Shown: positions 11,245 through 24,527, numbered from the whole stretch's first letter. The stretch is DNA of 63,968 nt, filler included, from Ministeria vibrans ATCC 50519 (GCA_943704425.1; 9 parts of 9 records of this genome joined end to end with filler, not necessarily neighbours in it); one strand, 5' to 3'. Notes: a model not told the origin generated them from the sequence alone. A program made the numbers and translations.

Positions 11245-12804
11245 ATGAATAGATGTGTGCGCAAGCTTGCCGAGGTACCCTCCACTCGCTGGTACCAGAG
11301 GCTGATGATGGCGGGTGCCGGCATGGTTTTGTTCTCGGACGGCTGTGAACTCATGCTGATGCCGTTTTTGTCGGAGAGCCTTGCCTGCGCGGGTGTGCCT
11401 CGCCAGGCAGCGACCACCATACAGGTGCACGTGTTTGTCGGCATGGCGGTGGGGGCGGTGGTCGTTGGACGAGTGAGCGATCTGTACGGACGCCTTGCGG
11501 GAGTGCATTTAGCAACGGCGGCCGTCGTCGTGTGCGGCGTTCTCTCAGCCTCTGTGCATTCCATGGAGCTTGTGGCGCTCGCTCGGGCCGGCGTGGGCTT
11601 TGGGGTTGCCGGAAGTCCGGCAGCCATTGCCATTGTGACGGATGCGCTGACGGTGGAGGAGCGCGCGTCGCGTCTTCTCCTGGTGATGCTCTTCTTCTCG
11701 TGCGGCGCCATCTTTGTCGTGCCTCTCGCCTATGTGTGCCAGCCGCTTGGCTGGCGCATCTTTCTGCTTGTATCCGCCGTGCCATCACTGCTCACGTGGG
11801 TATTTGTCAGTGTTGCATTGTCGGAATCGCCGCGGTGGCTTGCCTCCATGGGCCGTACCGAAGAGGCGGTTCGCGTGCTTGAGCGCGCCGCCGCCATGAA
11901 CCGTGTGTCGCTTGAGGACCAGTCGTTGTCGGACGGGGATGGAGGAGAAGTGGAGGCGTGGAAGAGAGAGGTGGTGAAGGAGGCGCAGATGAAACAGGTG
12001 ACGGAGCAATCGCAAGAACATGGAGCAGCGAGTGTACGTGTGCTTTTTTCCACACCAACGCTTCGTCTCACGACCATTCTGTTGTGTGTGCTTTTCTTTC
12101 TGATGGCCCTCGTCTATTATGGTCTTGTACTACTGACGGTTCCTGTTATTAACGAGGCGGGTGGTATGGCTGTGGCGGTCGAGAGTGACGATGGGCCAAG
12201 TGCGATGGAGGCGTGCCGCACACGCGACACCCGTCAGTACATGGCGTTCTTCCTCTCGAATCTCAGCGAAATTCCCGGGTTACTTGCGGCCGCTTTGCTT
12301 CTCGATCGTATTGGACGCCGAACTGCAATTGCGGGCTTTTTTGCCATGACGGCACTTGCCATTGTGGGTGTGACGCGAGTGCAATCGATGATGGACGACG
12401 ATGACTCGTCGCTTCGCTTTGTACTGCTAGTCGCGTGTGTATGCGTAGCGCGTGCGTCGGCGCTTGCCTTTAACCAGTCCCTGTGGGTGTTTACGGCCGA
12501 AGTGTTTCCCACGGCCGTGCGCACAACGGGACTGGGTGTGACGACAACCTTTGCACGTTTCGGAGGCGTTGCCTGTCCGCTTGTAGTGGCCGCGCTGTCG
12601 TCGTCGCCCTCCGCTGCGCTCTATGTATGCTGTGCCAGTGCTCTCCTGGCCGCTCTCTGCGCGCGTTTGCTGCCCAGCGAAACCATGCGACTGGCTCTCG
12701 ACAGTGAGCATACGTCCGTCGAGGCGCGCTCTGTTACCGCTGCCGATGCCTGCGTGCTTTTGCTTGTTGCTGCGGTGCTTTTCCTTCTCGCTCTCACCAG
12801 CTGA
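11245..12804 (+). CDS. MFS transporter, SVOP/SV2-like
   Basis: GRVSDLYGR, ESPRWL, LLDRIGRR and AEVFPTAVRTTGLG motifs; about 12 hydrophobic segments. Confidence 0.88.
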   Translation: MNRCVRKLAEVPSTRWYQRLMMAGAGMVLFSDGCELMLMPFLSESLACAGVPRQAATTIQVHVFVGMAVGAVVVGRVSDLYGRLAGVHLATAAVVVCGVLSASVHSMELVALARAGVGFGVAGSPAAIAIVTDALTVEERASRLLLVMLFFSCGAIFVVPLAYVCQPLGWRIFLLVSAVPSLLTWVFVSVALSESPRWLASMGRTEEAVRVLERAAAMNRVSLEDQSLSDGDGGEVEAWKREVVKEAQMKQVTEQSQEHGAASVRVLFSTPTLRLTTILLCVLFFLMALVYYGLVLLTVPVINEAGGMAVAVESDDGPSAMEACRTRDTRQYMAFFLSNLSEIPGLLAAALLLDRIGRRTAIAGFFAMTALAIVGVTRVQSMMDDDDSSLRFVLLVACVCVARASALAFNQSLWVFTAEVFPTAVRTTGLGVTTTFARFGGVACPLVVAALSSSPSAALYVCCASALLAALCARLLPSETMRLALDSEHTSVEARSVTAADACVLLLVAAVLFLLALTS

Positions 12805-12852
12805 AATTATAATTATTTTTTTTGTAAAACTATGATTGTAATAATAATAATG

Positions 12853-12962
<110 letters not shown>

Positions 12963-12970
12963 NNNNNNNN

Positions 12971-13083
<113 letters not shown>

Positions 13084-13153
13084 ATATTGTTATTATTAAT
13101 GATTGTAATGATAATACTACATTAATATCGCATAAAAATTACAATAACAAAAA

Positions 13154-15058
13154 TCAGAACTTGAAACGCTTCTTCTTTCGTTTGGTGCGCTGTTGAGAGT
13201 GTTCGGCACTGCTGGATACAATAATGGTGGGGGCAGAGGACGGGAGGAGAAGGGGAGAGGAAGGGGGAGAGGAACGGGAGGGGACAGAAGGAGGGGAGGA
13301 GGGCGGAGGGGAGCGGGGCGGAGGCGGCGCGGGCGCAAGGGCACGCAGGTGCTCAGGCGCACACCACACATCAAAGCGACTGTCTGCCCCACCGTGCGAA
13401 ATACGCTTGGCCCCTATGACTATCAGTGCATCGAGAACCAGCTGAGTCTCGTCCACTTGTAGTTTGGCGCTGAGAAGCTCACTAAAAAAATGAAAAAAAA
13501 AGCGTCAGAGAAGAAAGGGTAAAAAGAAGATGGCGCGGTACAGGGAGGAAGGACCGTCCAGAAGCGCACATTGCAATAGGGTCGGCAGGTGCTGGGGCGA
13601 CGACGGAGAGTCGTCGCGCAGTGAAGCAGAAGCAAACAGACGAGAGACGTCAAACGATGAGGAGGAAGAGGAGGAAGAGGCGGGGGCAAGAGAGCCGCTA
13701 GGAGGTGCATGAGTGGGGTTTGACGAAGGAGTGTGTGAAGTGGGTGCGGGGAAGGGGTCAATGAGGTTGTGGGAGACGGAATACAATGCGCCCTGACGTG
13801 TACTAATGAGCGTGAGCGGTGGGTGGGAAAGGAAGAGGACGCGGACGACACCAGTCGGGTGGGAGTAATAGGGTAGTGCGATGGGAAGTTGACGAAGGGG
13901 TGTGAGAATGCGGGGGGCGGTGGATGCAAGGGAGAGCTCCATGAAAAGAAGTGAGGCAGCACGGCCCGTTGGTGAGTGTTGCGCAAAGTGAAGGAGAAGG
14001 CGGTCGAATGAGGGCGAAGGCGAGACGGAGAGAAGGAGACAGGGAAGATGGAGGTGTGCGTGAAGCAGCACGACGTGGGCAAGGCGCGAGTCAACAAGCA
14101 CAACGTGCGTCGCGCTCGCACACACGCAGAGGTGCGGTAGGCCGCGGATGGATGAGAACACTGCGGTGATGGTTTCGTGAGCGGTGTTGGTGGGGATTAG
14201 ACTCTGCGGTTGTGCGGCGCCATGCGATCTGTCGTCTGAGTCGCTGGCGCTGAGGGTGAGCCGCAAAGCGCCAAAGTAAGCACCGGCCACAACAACGGTG
14301 TTGGGAAAGGATGTTGCAGAGAGGACGGTGGCGGCATGGTCAAGAGAACAAGACGAGAGGAGCGTGGCGGTGGCGGGGGAACATAGAAGAACTGTGTGAA
14401 CACCAACATCGCTCACCGTCACCATTGCAATGTGGAAGTAGTCTGAGAAGGATGAGGGGTTGGCAGCCAGAACAACGGTAGCGTCCAGGAGGTGATCACG
14501 TGGGGTCAAACGAGACACAATAACGGCGGTATCGGCTGCGACAGAGGCGGTCGTATCGAGCGACACAACGGTGCAGGCAACGGTCGAGCGACAGGCGAGA
14601 ATCCAGCGGTGTTGGGGGTCGGGGCAAGTGCTGGCTCGTAGCGAGAGCAACCTTCCAGAGTCGAGAGGCAGTTCAACGGCCGACAGGGTGAGGTTGTCGG
14701 ATTCCTCGACGAAGCGCGTGACGGAAATCCGGTCATGGTCGGAACCGACCGGATGTGCCAGTGTGACGACGGGGCCGTCTTCGCACACGGCCAGTGTGGG
14801 TGTGTGTGCCGTGTCCGTAGGATTCACGCCAAACACCCGATCGTGCTGAAGCATGCTGTGCAGGAGGGGACGCGGAATGTCCAAGTCGGGATGGTCCGCG
14901 AGCAGCACGCGAATCTGCTCGTCGTTGGACCGCCTCGAGTCGGATGGGTCGTGCACGCCTTCCGTATCTGCTTCACGGACAATACTAGATGGATAGGGAG
15001 CACCAGTAGGCTGCCAGGGGTCTACAATGGCGAGCTTTAGACGGAAGACGCTGGTCAT
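13154..15058 (-). CDS. TAF1C: Probable RNA polymerase I initiation factor TAF1C/Rrn6-like protein (two exons, intron about 13541-13470)
   Basis: ILACRSTVACTVV and LCVCASATHVVLVDSRLAHVVLL resemble TAF1C LLAVRSDYHCAVW and LVCTQFSLYLVDERLPLVPML; basic C-terminus KKKRFKF. Confidence 0.55.
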
Positions 15059-15296
15059 TTCATGTCACACCTCGATTGATCGTCGGCAACCACTTTCCCG
15101 GCCCGAATTGAGCAATGGAAGCGCCGCCCAGGCGTAACGGCCATGCGTTGGGGCATGCCGATGGCGTTGGGAGCATGAATCGAAATTAGATTATTTAATT
15201 ATTATAAACTTGAGTCTTGAAGAAGTCAAGGAAGACTCAAGACACATGACTAGTAGTGAGTTTCGGTTTATTCTTTCTTCAAAAGATTAAATCTTT

Positions 15297-16869
15297 TTAC
15301 TTTTTTTCGTTGTCCAGGGAAAGCTCACGGGCTAGAGTCTCGATGAGAATGGGGTCGCGAGTGGCGAGGGCGTGGCGAGCACGCTTGATGAGAAGAGGCT
15401 CGCTGTCATCGTTGCTGTAGGCGGGATGTGTGTCCTTCACAAGAGTCATCGTGTCGACTACGAGCCCGGCGCGATCGTCAGACACTTGCTCGAGCACGGT
15501 ATGGGTATTGTTGAGAACGGAGAGACGGGTGAAGCCGTAGTCGTCGTTGCGAAAGGCGGACCAGGAGGCGTTGCGAGCCTTGAAGCGGTCGTGGTCCTCT
15601 TGGCAGCCGGCGGAGCCAGTGACAATGTGGACGGGTGCGCCCGGGTTATGGTACGCGCCTTGGGTGCCGTTGTGAACTTGGCCGTGCAGCACCGGCCAGG
15701 TGCGCTCGTAGCTGTGCTCGTGGGCCCAGAACTCCATGTCGACGCCATACTTGGCAAAGAGCGTCTCGGAGTACAGACGCGTCACCGAGAACATGCCGTG
15801 TGTACAATCGTCCTTATTTGAATTGGAGCAATACTGAAGGAAACAGAGAGTCAAGTAAAAAAATAAAATAAAAAAGAAGAAGAAGAAGAAGAAGAAGGGG
15901 AAAACACGTACGGCGGGACGGTGAGCAAGAGTGAAGATCCAGGGGCGTTGCGCACGCGCTGCCACTGCCTTCTTCAGGTCGTCGCGAAGCCACTCGTACT
16001 GCTCTACAATGCGCTCCAGCTCACGCACGGGCTTGTCCCATCCGTAGAACAGAATCTGTGGGTGCATAGCGAAAAAGAGGGAGAGAGTGGCACAGCTGTG
16101 AACAACGGAAACAACACTGAAGCATACTCACTTCGGTGCTCCACATGATGATGTGGGCGGGACCAATGTCAAAGCTTGAGTAAATGGAGTCGTGACCGCC
16201 GGGCATGGCAAAGCGAGCACGGTATTCGGCAAAGTCAGCGTGGTTCTCGTGGTTGCCTGGGCATGCAAGGTAGGCGGTGTTGGCGGCAAACGGCTCGACC
16301 ATGCGAAAGTACGAGTCGCCGACGCGACCCTCGTCGTCGTACATGTCATAGGCAAAGTCGCCGACGTGAAGCACGGCTGAGTAGGTGCCCGTGGCAATCT
16401 CCGACGTGATGCGCGGCACCGACTGGGCATTCTTGAAGCCAAGGTCGCCATAGACGATGAATTTGGCCGAAGGCGTCGCTCCGTCCGTCGTGAAGTTGAA
16501 CACACTGCTCCACACGCCCAGCGACGCGTCGCCGACTTGGTACGTGTACTTGGTGGCCGGTTTGAGTCCTGAATGTGCGCAAGACGGTCAGTTGGGATTG
16601 GATGGGGAGTGCTCTAGTATACCTGTGGCGGTTACTTCGTGAAGCCACTGGGAGTGGGTGCCCTCAGTAAAGTTGTGAGAGGTGCCGTTGAAGAGAAGGC
16701 CGTTGACTCGCAGCGTCGGGACGATCGAGGTGTTTTGCGTTGAGAAGACCACAACAAAAGAGGTGCTTGCTGATTCGCCAAAGGCCGCGTGCACCTGCTC
16801 AATCACGACGGCCGAACTCGAATACACCAGCGCAAGAGACAGAGTGAGGAACACAAGGCGGCCAACCAT
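15297..16869 (-). CDS. ACP7: Secreted purple acid phosphatase (ACP7/PAPL-like), multi-exon
   Basis: Signal peptide; YGDLG, HVGDFAYD, CPGNHE, AHRP and AHEHSYER metallophosphoesterase motifs. Confidence 0.9.
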
Positions 16870-16969
16870 CGTAAAAAGAAATTATTGAGGTTTATTCACT
16901 ATTCAGCAATTAGGTATTAAAGTTATACAGTTTCACACAGTTCCAATTCTGATGGAGGTACAAAAGGCT

Positions 16970-18580
16970 TCATTTCTTTGCTCTGCGCGTCTTGAGCGAA
17001 TTCGAAGGTCGCTTGTGGAGGAAGATTGTCCCGGACGGGGTGAGTCCGCACGCCTGGAGCGACGCGCTGTCGTCGTCGTGGGCGCGTGCGGGGAATGTAG
17101 AACGAAGGGTATAGTCGTCGGTAGAGATGCCGCGCTGAGCCAGTTCGCGTCGCAAATGGGCAATGGTGGACTGTGCGGGCAAATAAACGACAAAGTTACT
17201 GCTGCCGGTTCGGACTTGGATGGATGCAGAGGTGGACGCTGATGCGCGTGCAAGTCGTGGTGTAGGGGAGCTTAAGTCAGGGCCGACTGTGTGCGTGGCG
17301 TGACTCGACGTAGGCTTGAATTGTGTGGAATGCGCATCATTCACCGCCCCAAGCTGCAGGTGCTCCGCCAGACCTGCACGCACGTCGACCACCATGCCAT
17401 CGCGCACAACTGTTTTGGGCACGTTGGCAAGAAACGAGTCGGTGGTATTGTGACGGGCAGAGTTGACGAGGGTCGTTGCCGAGGTGGCGTCTAGTAAACG
17501 CGACGGGCGCTGCGGTGCGCCTCCCAGTTGTTGTCCCGTTCCTTCAAACACACCTGCCGTCGGAGAGCCCGGTTGTCTTTGCAGAGTCGAACGACCTGCT
17601 GTACTGAACGGCTCGGAGCGACGGTCGTGAACACGCAAAGGCACGCCGTTGGGGTGGCGTTCTTTAAGCTCGGACGGAAAGTAGCCGTCTAGTAGATCGC
17701 GTAAAAGTGACTGTGCGAGGGGTGTTTCAAGGGGACGCGCAGGCCCTGCATAGAGCATGACACCGTTGGCAAAAAAGGTGATGGAAATGGGGTCGGGAAC
17801 GGTAAGACGGTGTTGACGACCACCTGTGCGTGCCACCACGGCAACACCATCACCCGCGAGCGCATTGAGTTCGGCAATGTTTTCAAGGATCCGATCGTAC
17901 TGCTCAACGCCAATGAGAGTCGCAGCAGACTGGCTCCACATTTTGGCTGTTGACTTTAACGTCGGTCGAGAAGGACAAAGCACTGACGTTGTGCCAGTAC
18001 TTGCAGTCGACGTCGACGTGCCTTCGTCGTCATGAGAAGAACTGGAGCCCACCCACTCAAGACCGTAGTCAGCAAGAAACTTGGTCATGTCGGCTATTTC
18101 ACGGCGTAGCTTCTCATTCTCCCGCTGGAGCTCAGTTGCGTTCAATGCGGGGCCGGTGTGATCATCTGGTGAGGGCGGCGCATGTTGCTGCTTTCTTTTC
18201 GATGTCGCACTGTCAAGCTGCTGCTCGAGCTGGAGGATGCGAGCGTCGCGCTCCAGTACTTCACGCCGACTGTTCAACACGTCCTGTTCGAGTCGTGCCA
18301 ATCGACCCGTCATAGCCTGCACGAAGCTATCGCTAGTAGAAGCGATGCCTGACGATCTAGACGCCGGTAGAATGGGAGCGGGCGTGCCACTTTGAGCGCC
18401 CGAGAGAGGCGGCAAGCGGTTGCCAGGGGAAACGAGACGTTCTTCGAAGGTGGCGACCGGCACTCGGTTGGAAGCGGCGTCGTGGCCCGGCCGGCGGAAA
18501 GGTGGTACGCTAGGTGGTAGGCCTGCTAGAGTAGGGAGTTTCTTTTTCCCACTAGAGAGCGACGTGAGTGGCCCAGACAT
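16970..18580 (-). CDS. UBXN11: UBX domain protein 11-like (coiled coil, SEP, UBX)
   Basis: MTKFLADYGLEWVG, LRDLLDGYFPSELKERHPNGVP, C-terminal LRSTFPAR UBX motif. Confidence 0.85.
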   Translation of the reverse strand: MSGPLTSLSSGKKKLPTLAGLPPSVPPFRRPGHDAASNRVPVATFEERLVSPGNRLPPLSGAQSGTPAPILPASRSSGIASTSDSFVQAMTGRLARLEQDVLNSRREVLERDARILQLEQQLDSATSKRKQQHAPPSPDDHTGPALNATELQRENEKLRREIADMTKFLADYGLEWVGSSSSHDDEGTSTSTASTGTTSVLCPSRPTLKSTAKMWSQSAATLIGVEQYDRILENIAELNALAGDGVAVVARTGGRQHRLTVPDPISITFFANGVMLYAGPARPLETPLAQSLLRDLLDGYFPSELKERHPNGVPLRVHDRRSEPFSTAGRSTLQRQPGSPTAGVFEGTGQQLGGAPQRPSRLLDATSATTLVNSARHNTTDSFLANVPKTVVRDGMVVDVRAGLAEHLQLGAVNDAHSTQFKPTSSHATHTVGPDLSSPTPRLARASASTSASIQVRTGSSNFVVYLPAQSTIAHLRRELAQRGISTDDYTLRSTFPARAHDDDSASLQACGLTPSGTIFLHKRPSNSLKTRRAKK

Positions 18581-18847
18581 TGTAAACTTACTATAAAGTT
18601 GAAAAAATATATTAATATTAAATTAATAACGTCATGATTATCAATACTCTCTGATGTGCGGGACTCAATGTGTAATAAATAAAGATCAGGCCGTCGGCCG
18701 TCGCAGCTTGGTCTGTCGCGATTGCCGATTGGGAATTCGGGATCGGGCGCCATGCCTGCCGATCGGTAAGAGTCTGAGTGAAAGTTTCGTTGTTGTGAGT
18801 AGCACTTCTCTTCAATCCCTTGTCATTTCTCAATTTTATTGTAAACC

Positions 18848-19123
18848 ATGTCGGGCAGGGAACAAAACGAATGTACAGTCTCTGCCACAACTATTGAGAG
18901 CCTGGAACAAGTGGCCACTGTGGCAGCGACGCTGACTGAGAATGTTTCGGCGATCAACGCTCAGCTCACTGCGCTCATTGCCCACAAGCCCGTCGTCGAC
19001 GCGCTCGCCCGCTCACTGGTATACCTATTGCTTTTTGTTTGCCTCAGCAGCACCTTGCTGACACGCTCATTTCGTTCGTTTCAAGGCAATTCATGAAATC
19101 AAGACGAGCGACAAGACAACGTA
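18848..19123 (+). CDS. Small coiled-coil protein of about 69 aa, possibly DASH/Dam1 subunit Dad4-like (two exons)
   Basis: GT-AG intron about 19019-19086. LEQVATVAATLTENVSAINAQLTALI follows the Dad4 heptad pattern and the length fits. Confidence 0.35.
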
Positions 19124-19253
19124 GAAATTCATTTTTCATTTGTAACGGAAAGTGTGGAGTAGTATAAACGAGAAGATTGTGTGCAGAGCATAAGATGAGT
19201 GAGACACAAGATGAGTCAATGTCGTGTTTCGAGTGCATTTACAAGAGAACGGT

Positions 19254-21671
19254 TCAGAGCTCGTTCAGTCTGGGACGCTTTGCCTGCGGCTCGTCGTCTC
19301 CCGCTCCTGACGGCTCTGTCGTTGCGGCTGTAACAGGTACTTCTACAGCCGTTGTTGGCAATGCTGATGGTGGTGGTGCATTGGGTAGTTCTGTAGCGGT
19401 CTCTACGAGAGGAGGTGGTCGCGGGAGAGTCTCATCGACAGTTTCGTTCAGGTCTGGACCAGGAAGGTCGGGTGCGGGAGCAACGACAATGGCACGACCA
19501 CCCACGGCAAGGGCAACGGGAGGTGCAGCGCGAGAGCCAATCGGAAGAGCATCTAGGTCGGGGTCCACCATGGTGGGCAGCACAACCTCGTCTGTCTCTT
19601 CGTCGCTATCTGCAAGCGCAGCTACAGGTTCCAACGTCTCGATGTCGACCATGTCCGTCTCATCCGTCTCTACTGCGCCTGTCGTTGCCTCGCCCGTTTC
19701 GGACTTCTGGCAATTTAAACAAAATGAAGGAGTGAGTAAAAACAAAAACAAGAAAAAACGGCCCCCTGCACTTGCCTCGTCAAATTCCGATTCGCGCTCG
19801 ACGTACTCCTCATTCTCCTCCAGTTCCGTAAAGTCGGGCGCATAGGCAGACCAGTTCTCGGTGTAGTGCACTCCCCAGATGTAGACAACGCCATACGTTG
19901 CCGACACAGACGCAATCATTGGGCGCACTGGATGCCACTGCAGAGTCACGCACAACGGAAGAGACAAAGGAATCAGAAAGAGAGAGAGAGAGAGAGAGGG
20001 AAGGGGCCCACGTACCGCCAAGTCCAAAATGCCCTCCTTTACTTTGGCGTCTAGGAGAATCTTCTGTAGTGTTCCGTCCAGGCGCTCCCAGATGTACACC
20101 TTGTGTTCGTTGCCCTGCGCTGACCCCGCAATCACATAGTCTCCGTCGCGCGAGAACCCGCACTGCTTCCACTGCAGTTTGTTCACCTGCACAACACGAC
20201 TCAGTTCGTTGACATATTTTTTTATTATTTTTTCTGCGATGCTCGTTTGCTCGTTCTCCATTCCTCCTCTCGCGGTGGTTCTTTTTTCTCCATCCTTTCG
20301 TTCTTCTTTTTCCTCCATCATTTTGTGTCTTTCTCCCCATCTCTACATCACTGTTTCTTGCTCTCTTTCATGCATCACTTCGTTTCTTTTCCCCTTATTA
20401 ACCCCCGTCTGTCTCTATCCCAATTTTTGCTCTAACCTCGTCTTGGTGGCGGTGTTTACACTCGTGCTGCTGATCAAACACGCGTATCACACGGTCATTG
20501 GAGTTCACCAGAAACCACCTGTGCCAAACAGAAATAAGACAAAAGTATTCAATAAAGATGGGACGTGGTTACCCGGTGCGGCGGCAGAAGACAATCCGCT
20601 TGATCGGCGCATTCGCAACATTGAGCGTTTCAATGACCGCACGCGACTCGCTGTTCACAATGAGCACTTGTCCTCGCGCAGTTCCAATATAAATGCGTTC
20701 CCCACGACGGTCAAAGCTCGCTGTCACTGACCCTGTAAAAAATATTTATATTGAGACGCATATATATACATATATATAATACATATATATATACAAACAC
20801 ACACACACACACACAAACACACAAATATATATATATATATATATATATATTCCCACTTTAATGTACAATACCTGGATCGGATGAGGCGTCGCCGGGCAAC
20901 GGAAACTTCTCGCCAGTTGACACATCGAGGAGAAGCGCATCACGTTTTAAGAGACACGCAAGAAACTTTGAGCTGTCGGTTTTTTTTGGTATTCAGAAGT
21001 GACAGTAGACACAATAGAGCAAACCACAGACATACCTGTTACGAGGATGGAACTGACACATCAATACGGGTGCGTCCAGATCAAAACTGTGCACGCGATC
21101 AGCGGAACAGATGTCCCACACTGAGACACGATTGTCTAGCGACGATGCAAGCAAAAAGCGGCCGTCGCGACTCCAACTACGCGACACAAAGACATGCGCA
21201 CACCTCAGCCACCCACCACACACGCCCGGTGGAAACCACCGGCAGGCTTACCTGACTGACGTGATCGGCTGTACGTGCCAGAGGAGCGCGCGAACAACTC
21301 CTCGAGTCACAAAATCCCACACAATCAGACGCCCATCGTTGCAGCCACACGCCAAAAGAGTGCCGCGTCGATTGAACGAACAGCAGACAACGTACCCTTC
21401 CTCGAGGGTATCCTCGATAAACTACAGGTGAAGGAGAGAAAACGAAGCCAACGCATTTCAAAACATTGGCGCGCGAAACGTCTTTTTCTTTTCTCCAATG
21501 TGCTTCAACACAACGACACAGACACGCTTGCAATGCATCATTCGTATCGGATGCATTGAACGGCGGTGTACCTCGGGAAAGGTGGACAAGGGAAAGGGAT
21601 CTAGGAGAGACGGTGAGAGTTGCGACGAGCGACCTCCTTTCAGATGGATTACCACTTAGCGCTATATTCAT
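19254..21671 (-). CDS. RBBP5: COMPASS subunit RBBP5/Swd1 (WD40), multi-exon
   Basis: MNIALS start, FNRRGTLLACGCNDGR, and WSAYAPDFTELEENEEYVERESEFD. Confidence 0.93.
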
Positions 21672-21832
21672 AGGAATCGATAGTGGATGTATATCAGGGA
21701 AGTGGATGAGAGTGCTAAGTTGGTGAGGGTCGAGTCAAACGCCTCTCGAAAGTCAATTCACAATTGATGATTTATTGATCAAAAGAAAGAGAATAATCCA
21801 ATTTGGGGCGATTTCCAAAGTTGAATCATGAG

Positions 21833-21863
<31 letters not shown>

Positions 21864-21982
21864 TATTATTATAATAATGATAACTATTATTATTAATTAC
21901 ATAAGTATCATGATTATTCATAGTGTGAGTTGTTTGTTTCTGAGGAAAAAAGAACTGTATCAGTGTGTACTAGAGAATAGGA

Positions 21983-23153
21983 TTAGTCGACCTCGGCGTT
22001 CTGGCCGCGCTTCTCGCCCGTCTCGCGTTCGCGGTCGAGCTCCTCCTTGGCCTTTGCCTCGTGAGCGCGAATATCATCCATGGTCATGCCAAACCACTTG
22101 TCCATCCAGCAAACAACCTGTCGGTGGAACAGCGTGAAGATCTTCTTCTCCAGCTTCTGCACAAAGTGCTCGACTTTGTTCTGCAGGCCGAACCACTTGA
22201 AGTGCACCGAGACAAGCTTGATGGCAGTCATGACGGTCGCCTCGTCGCCCTGTGCGGCACAGTCAGCAATCCACGTCTTGCTCAGCGGCCCTCGCTCGGC
22301 TTTGTCCGACCTCCACTTGGAGGGGTCTTCGCCCTCGACCATGGGCGGCGGCACATCGTTGGCAATGTCGATCTTGACTACGTCGCGCCCTTTGAGTTGC
22401 TCCGGCGTCAGGTCGTGGATGTTGTCGTTTGCATCTCCAGTGCCTGCCACGTGGTGCGTCTGGATTACCAACTCAAAGTCTTTTTTCATGTAGTCGGGGT
22501 TCTATAAGTCGTTTCATTTTTAGTTCTTTTGTCTCCAACAAAAAGAAATAATAATAATAAAATAATAGAATAACTGAACCACTTGCAATTGAATCACAAA
22601 CAAAAGAGCCAGCAAAGCCCGTCCAGAAGAAGCATTAAGAATAGTAATAAAACCACAACACCAATAACATTATTATTGTGAAAGAGAAAGTATTCGCTCG
22701 ACAACTGTGTCTTTCGGACATGTGAAAGTGCCTTCGTGAAGGTGGCGATTGCCACATAATGAACAAATGCCAACCATGGCTTGCGATTGGCTTGAGCGTA
22801 GAATGTGTTTTCCCAGTTGCCATGCGACACATTTATTGGCAGACGCACGAATCTCAACGAATAACGCAACAAAAGAAGTAATATCGGAGCTTCTTACACT
22901 GAGAACCGTTCGGCAGAACGGGTAGGCATTCCAGGCCTTCTCGTGAATCTTTAACGAACCCTTTGGTGCAATCATCTACAAAAGCAAAGGTAAGCGATTG
23001 GGTTGGATCACAGGCGAGCGGTGCTCGAAGCCAAACGTACACGCACAAACTTGGGCACTTTGCTCTCAAGATGGTAGATTTTGTGTGTGTACTGTCCCTT
23101 CTCGCCAGGCATGTTCGGATCGTCGTAGGGCTCGTTGACAAGCACTTCAACGC
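21983..23153 (-). CDS. Class I phosphatidylinositol transfer protein; first exon(s) not identified
   Basis: [58 protein letters not shown]. Confidence 0.92.
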
Positions 23154-23709
23154 CTATAATGTGCGGAAAGAGTGAGAGAGAAAAAAGCAAAAAAAAGTCA
23201 AAAATATGGGTATGAAACACCAAGAGAGTCAGAGTGATGAAGTAAAAGAAAGACACGCCAGGAGGAGAAGCGTAAGATGTCGTTTCGTGCGTCAAGATCG
23301 GTACCACTGCCACTCGTCAGTGGTGCGATGCATGTCCATTGTTTGACAGGAGGAAGACAACGAAGAAAAAAAAAAAAGGAAAAAAAAGATGACTTCTCAT
23401 CAAAAGTGGAAGTCATCCTTGACGATTGAGAGTCATTAGGACATTGTGATGGAGAAATGGGGAGCTGGCAGTCGACGACGGCGGCAAACGGGCAGGAAAG
23501 GCCCGACAGCGGCGGTGGAACGATAAAAAATGAGGCGCCATCCGGCCGAGTGCCACATATCAATAGCCCTTAACAGCAGCGATGCGAGAGAGGCGAGGCG
23601 CTTGTGCGGCACACGGCAGCCATCGGAGCAACGTAGGACAAGATCGACGGCGAGAACAGGCGTAAACACGACCGCTGAGGTTCTTTTGTACATATTGCTC
23701 TTGAGCCTT

Positions 23710-23776
<67 letters not shown>

Positions 23777-23845
23777 CTTACTTCATCTCTCACTCTTCTT
23801 CTTCTTCTTCTTCTTCTTCTTCTTCTTCCCTCTTCTTCTTCTTAG

Positions 23846-24453
23846 CTCCTCAGCAAGGCGCATACCCTCCCCCCCAACAGGGAGGCCCCTACCCACCCCA
23901 GCAAGGCGCATACCCTCCCTCCCAACAAGGAGGCGCATACCCGCCTCAGCCACAGCAAGGCTATCCGCCTCAGCCACAGCAAGGCTATCCGCCTCAGCCA
24001 CAGCAAGGCTATCCACCTCAACAACAAAGTGCCTACCCACCTCAGCCAGGCTACCCTCAGGGCTACCAGCCTCCAACACAGTCCCCCTACCCTCCCCCAA
24101 CCCCCACTGCCGCTGCTGGTCCGCCGCCATCGGCGCCCCACGACGCGTACCCAACTAAGACGATGGCAGGCGCACCGCCACCCTCTGCCCCCTCCTACGA
24201 CGCCGAACAGCCTCCTGCCTACGCACCAGTCTCAAGCGGCTCTGCCGCTACTTCTATCTCCACCATGTCTATCGACAACGTCCAGTCCCTCCTGCACTCT
24301 ATGGGCCTAGGCAGTGTTGCTCCCCGCTTCCGTGAAAATGGTGTTGACGGTCCATTCCTCGCAACCCTCTCTGAAACCGACCTCGTCAACGAACTAGGCC
24401 TGAGCAACCTTCAGGCTCGCAAGCTCATGTCATACGTCAACGCAAATCGCTGA
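23846..24453 (+). CDS. Pro/Gln/Tyr-rich low-complexity protein with C-terminal SAM domain (last exon)
   Basis: YPPQ(P)QQG tandem repeats; SAM-like MSIDNVQSLLHSMGLGSVAPRFRENGVDGPFLATLSETDLVNELGL. Confidence 0.75.
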
Positions 24454-24527
24454 ATAAAAAATGCTTTCATAAAACAAAAACACGCAAAGAGAAAAAGAGA
24501 AGGATCAAGAGAGAGAGAGACAATGTC

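Noticed and set aside
23855-24070. Regular 24-bp repeats as a CRISPR-like array
   Set aside because: No unique spacers; they encode in-frame YPPQPQQG repeats.
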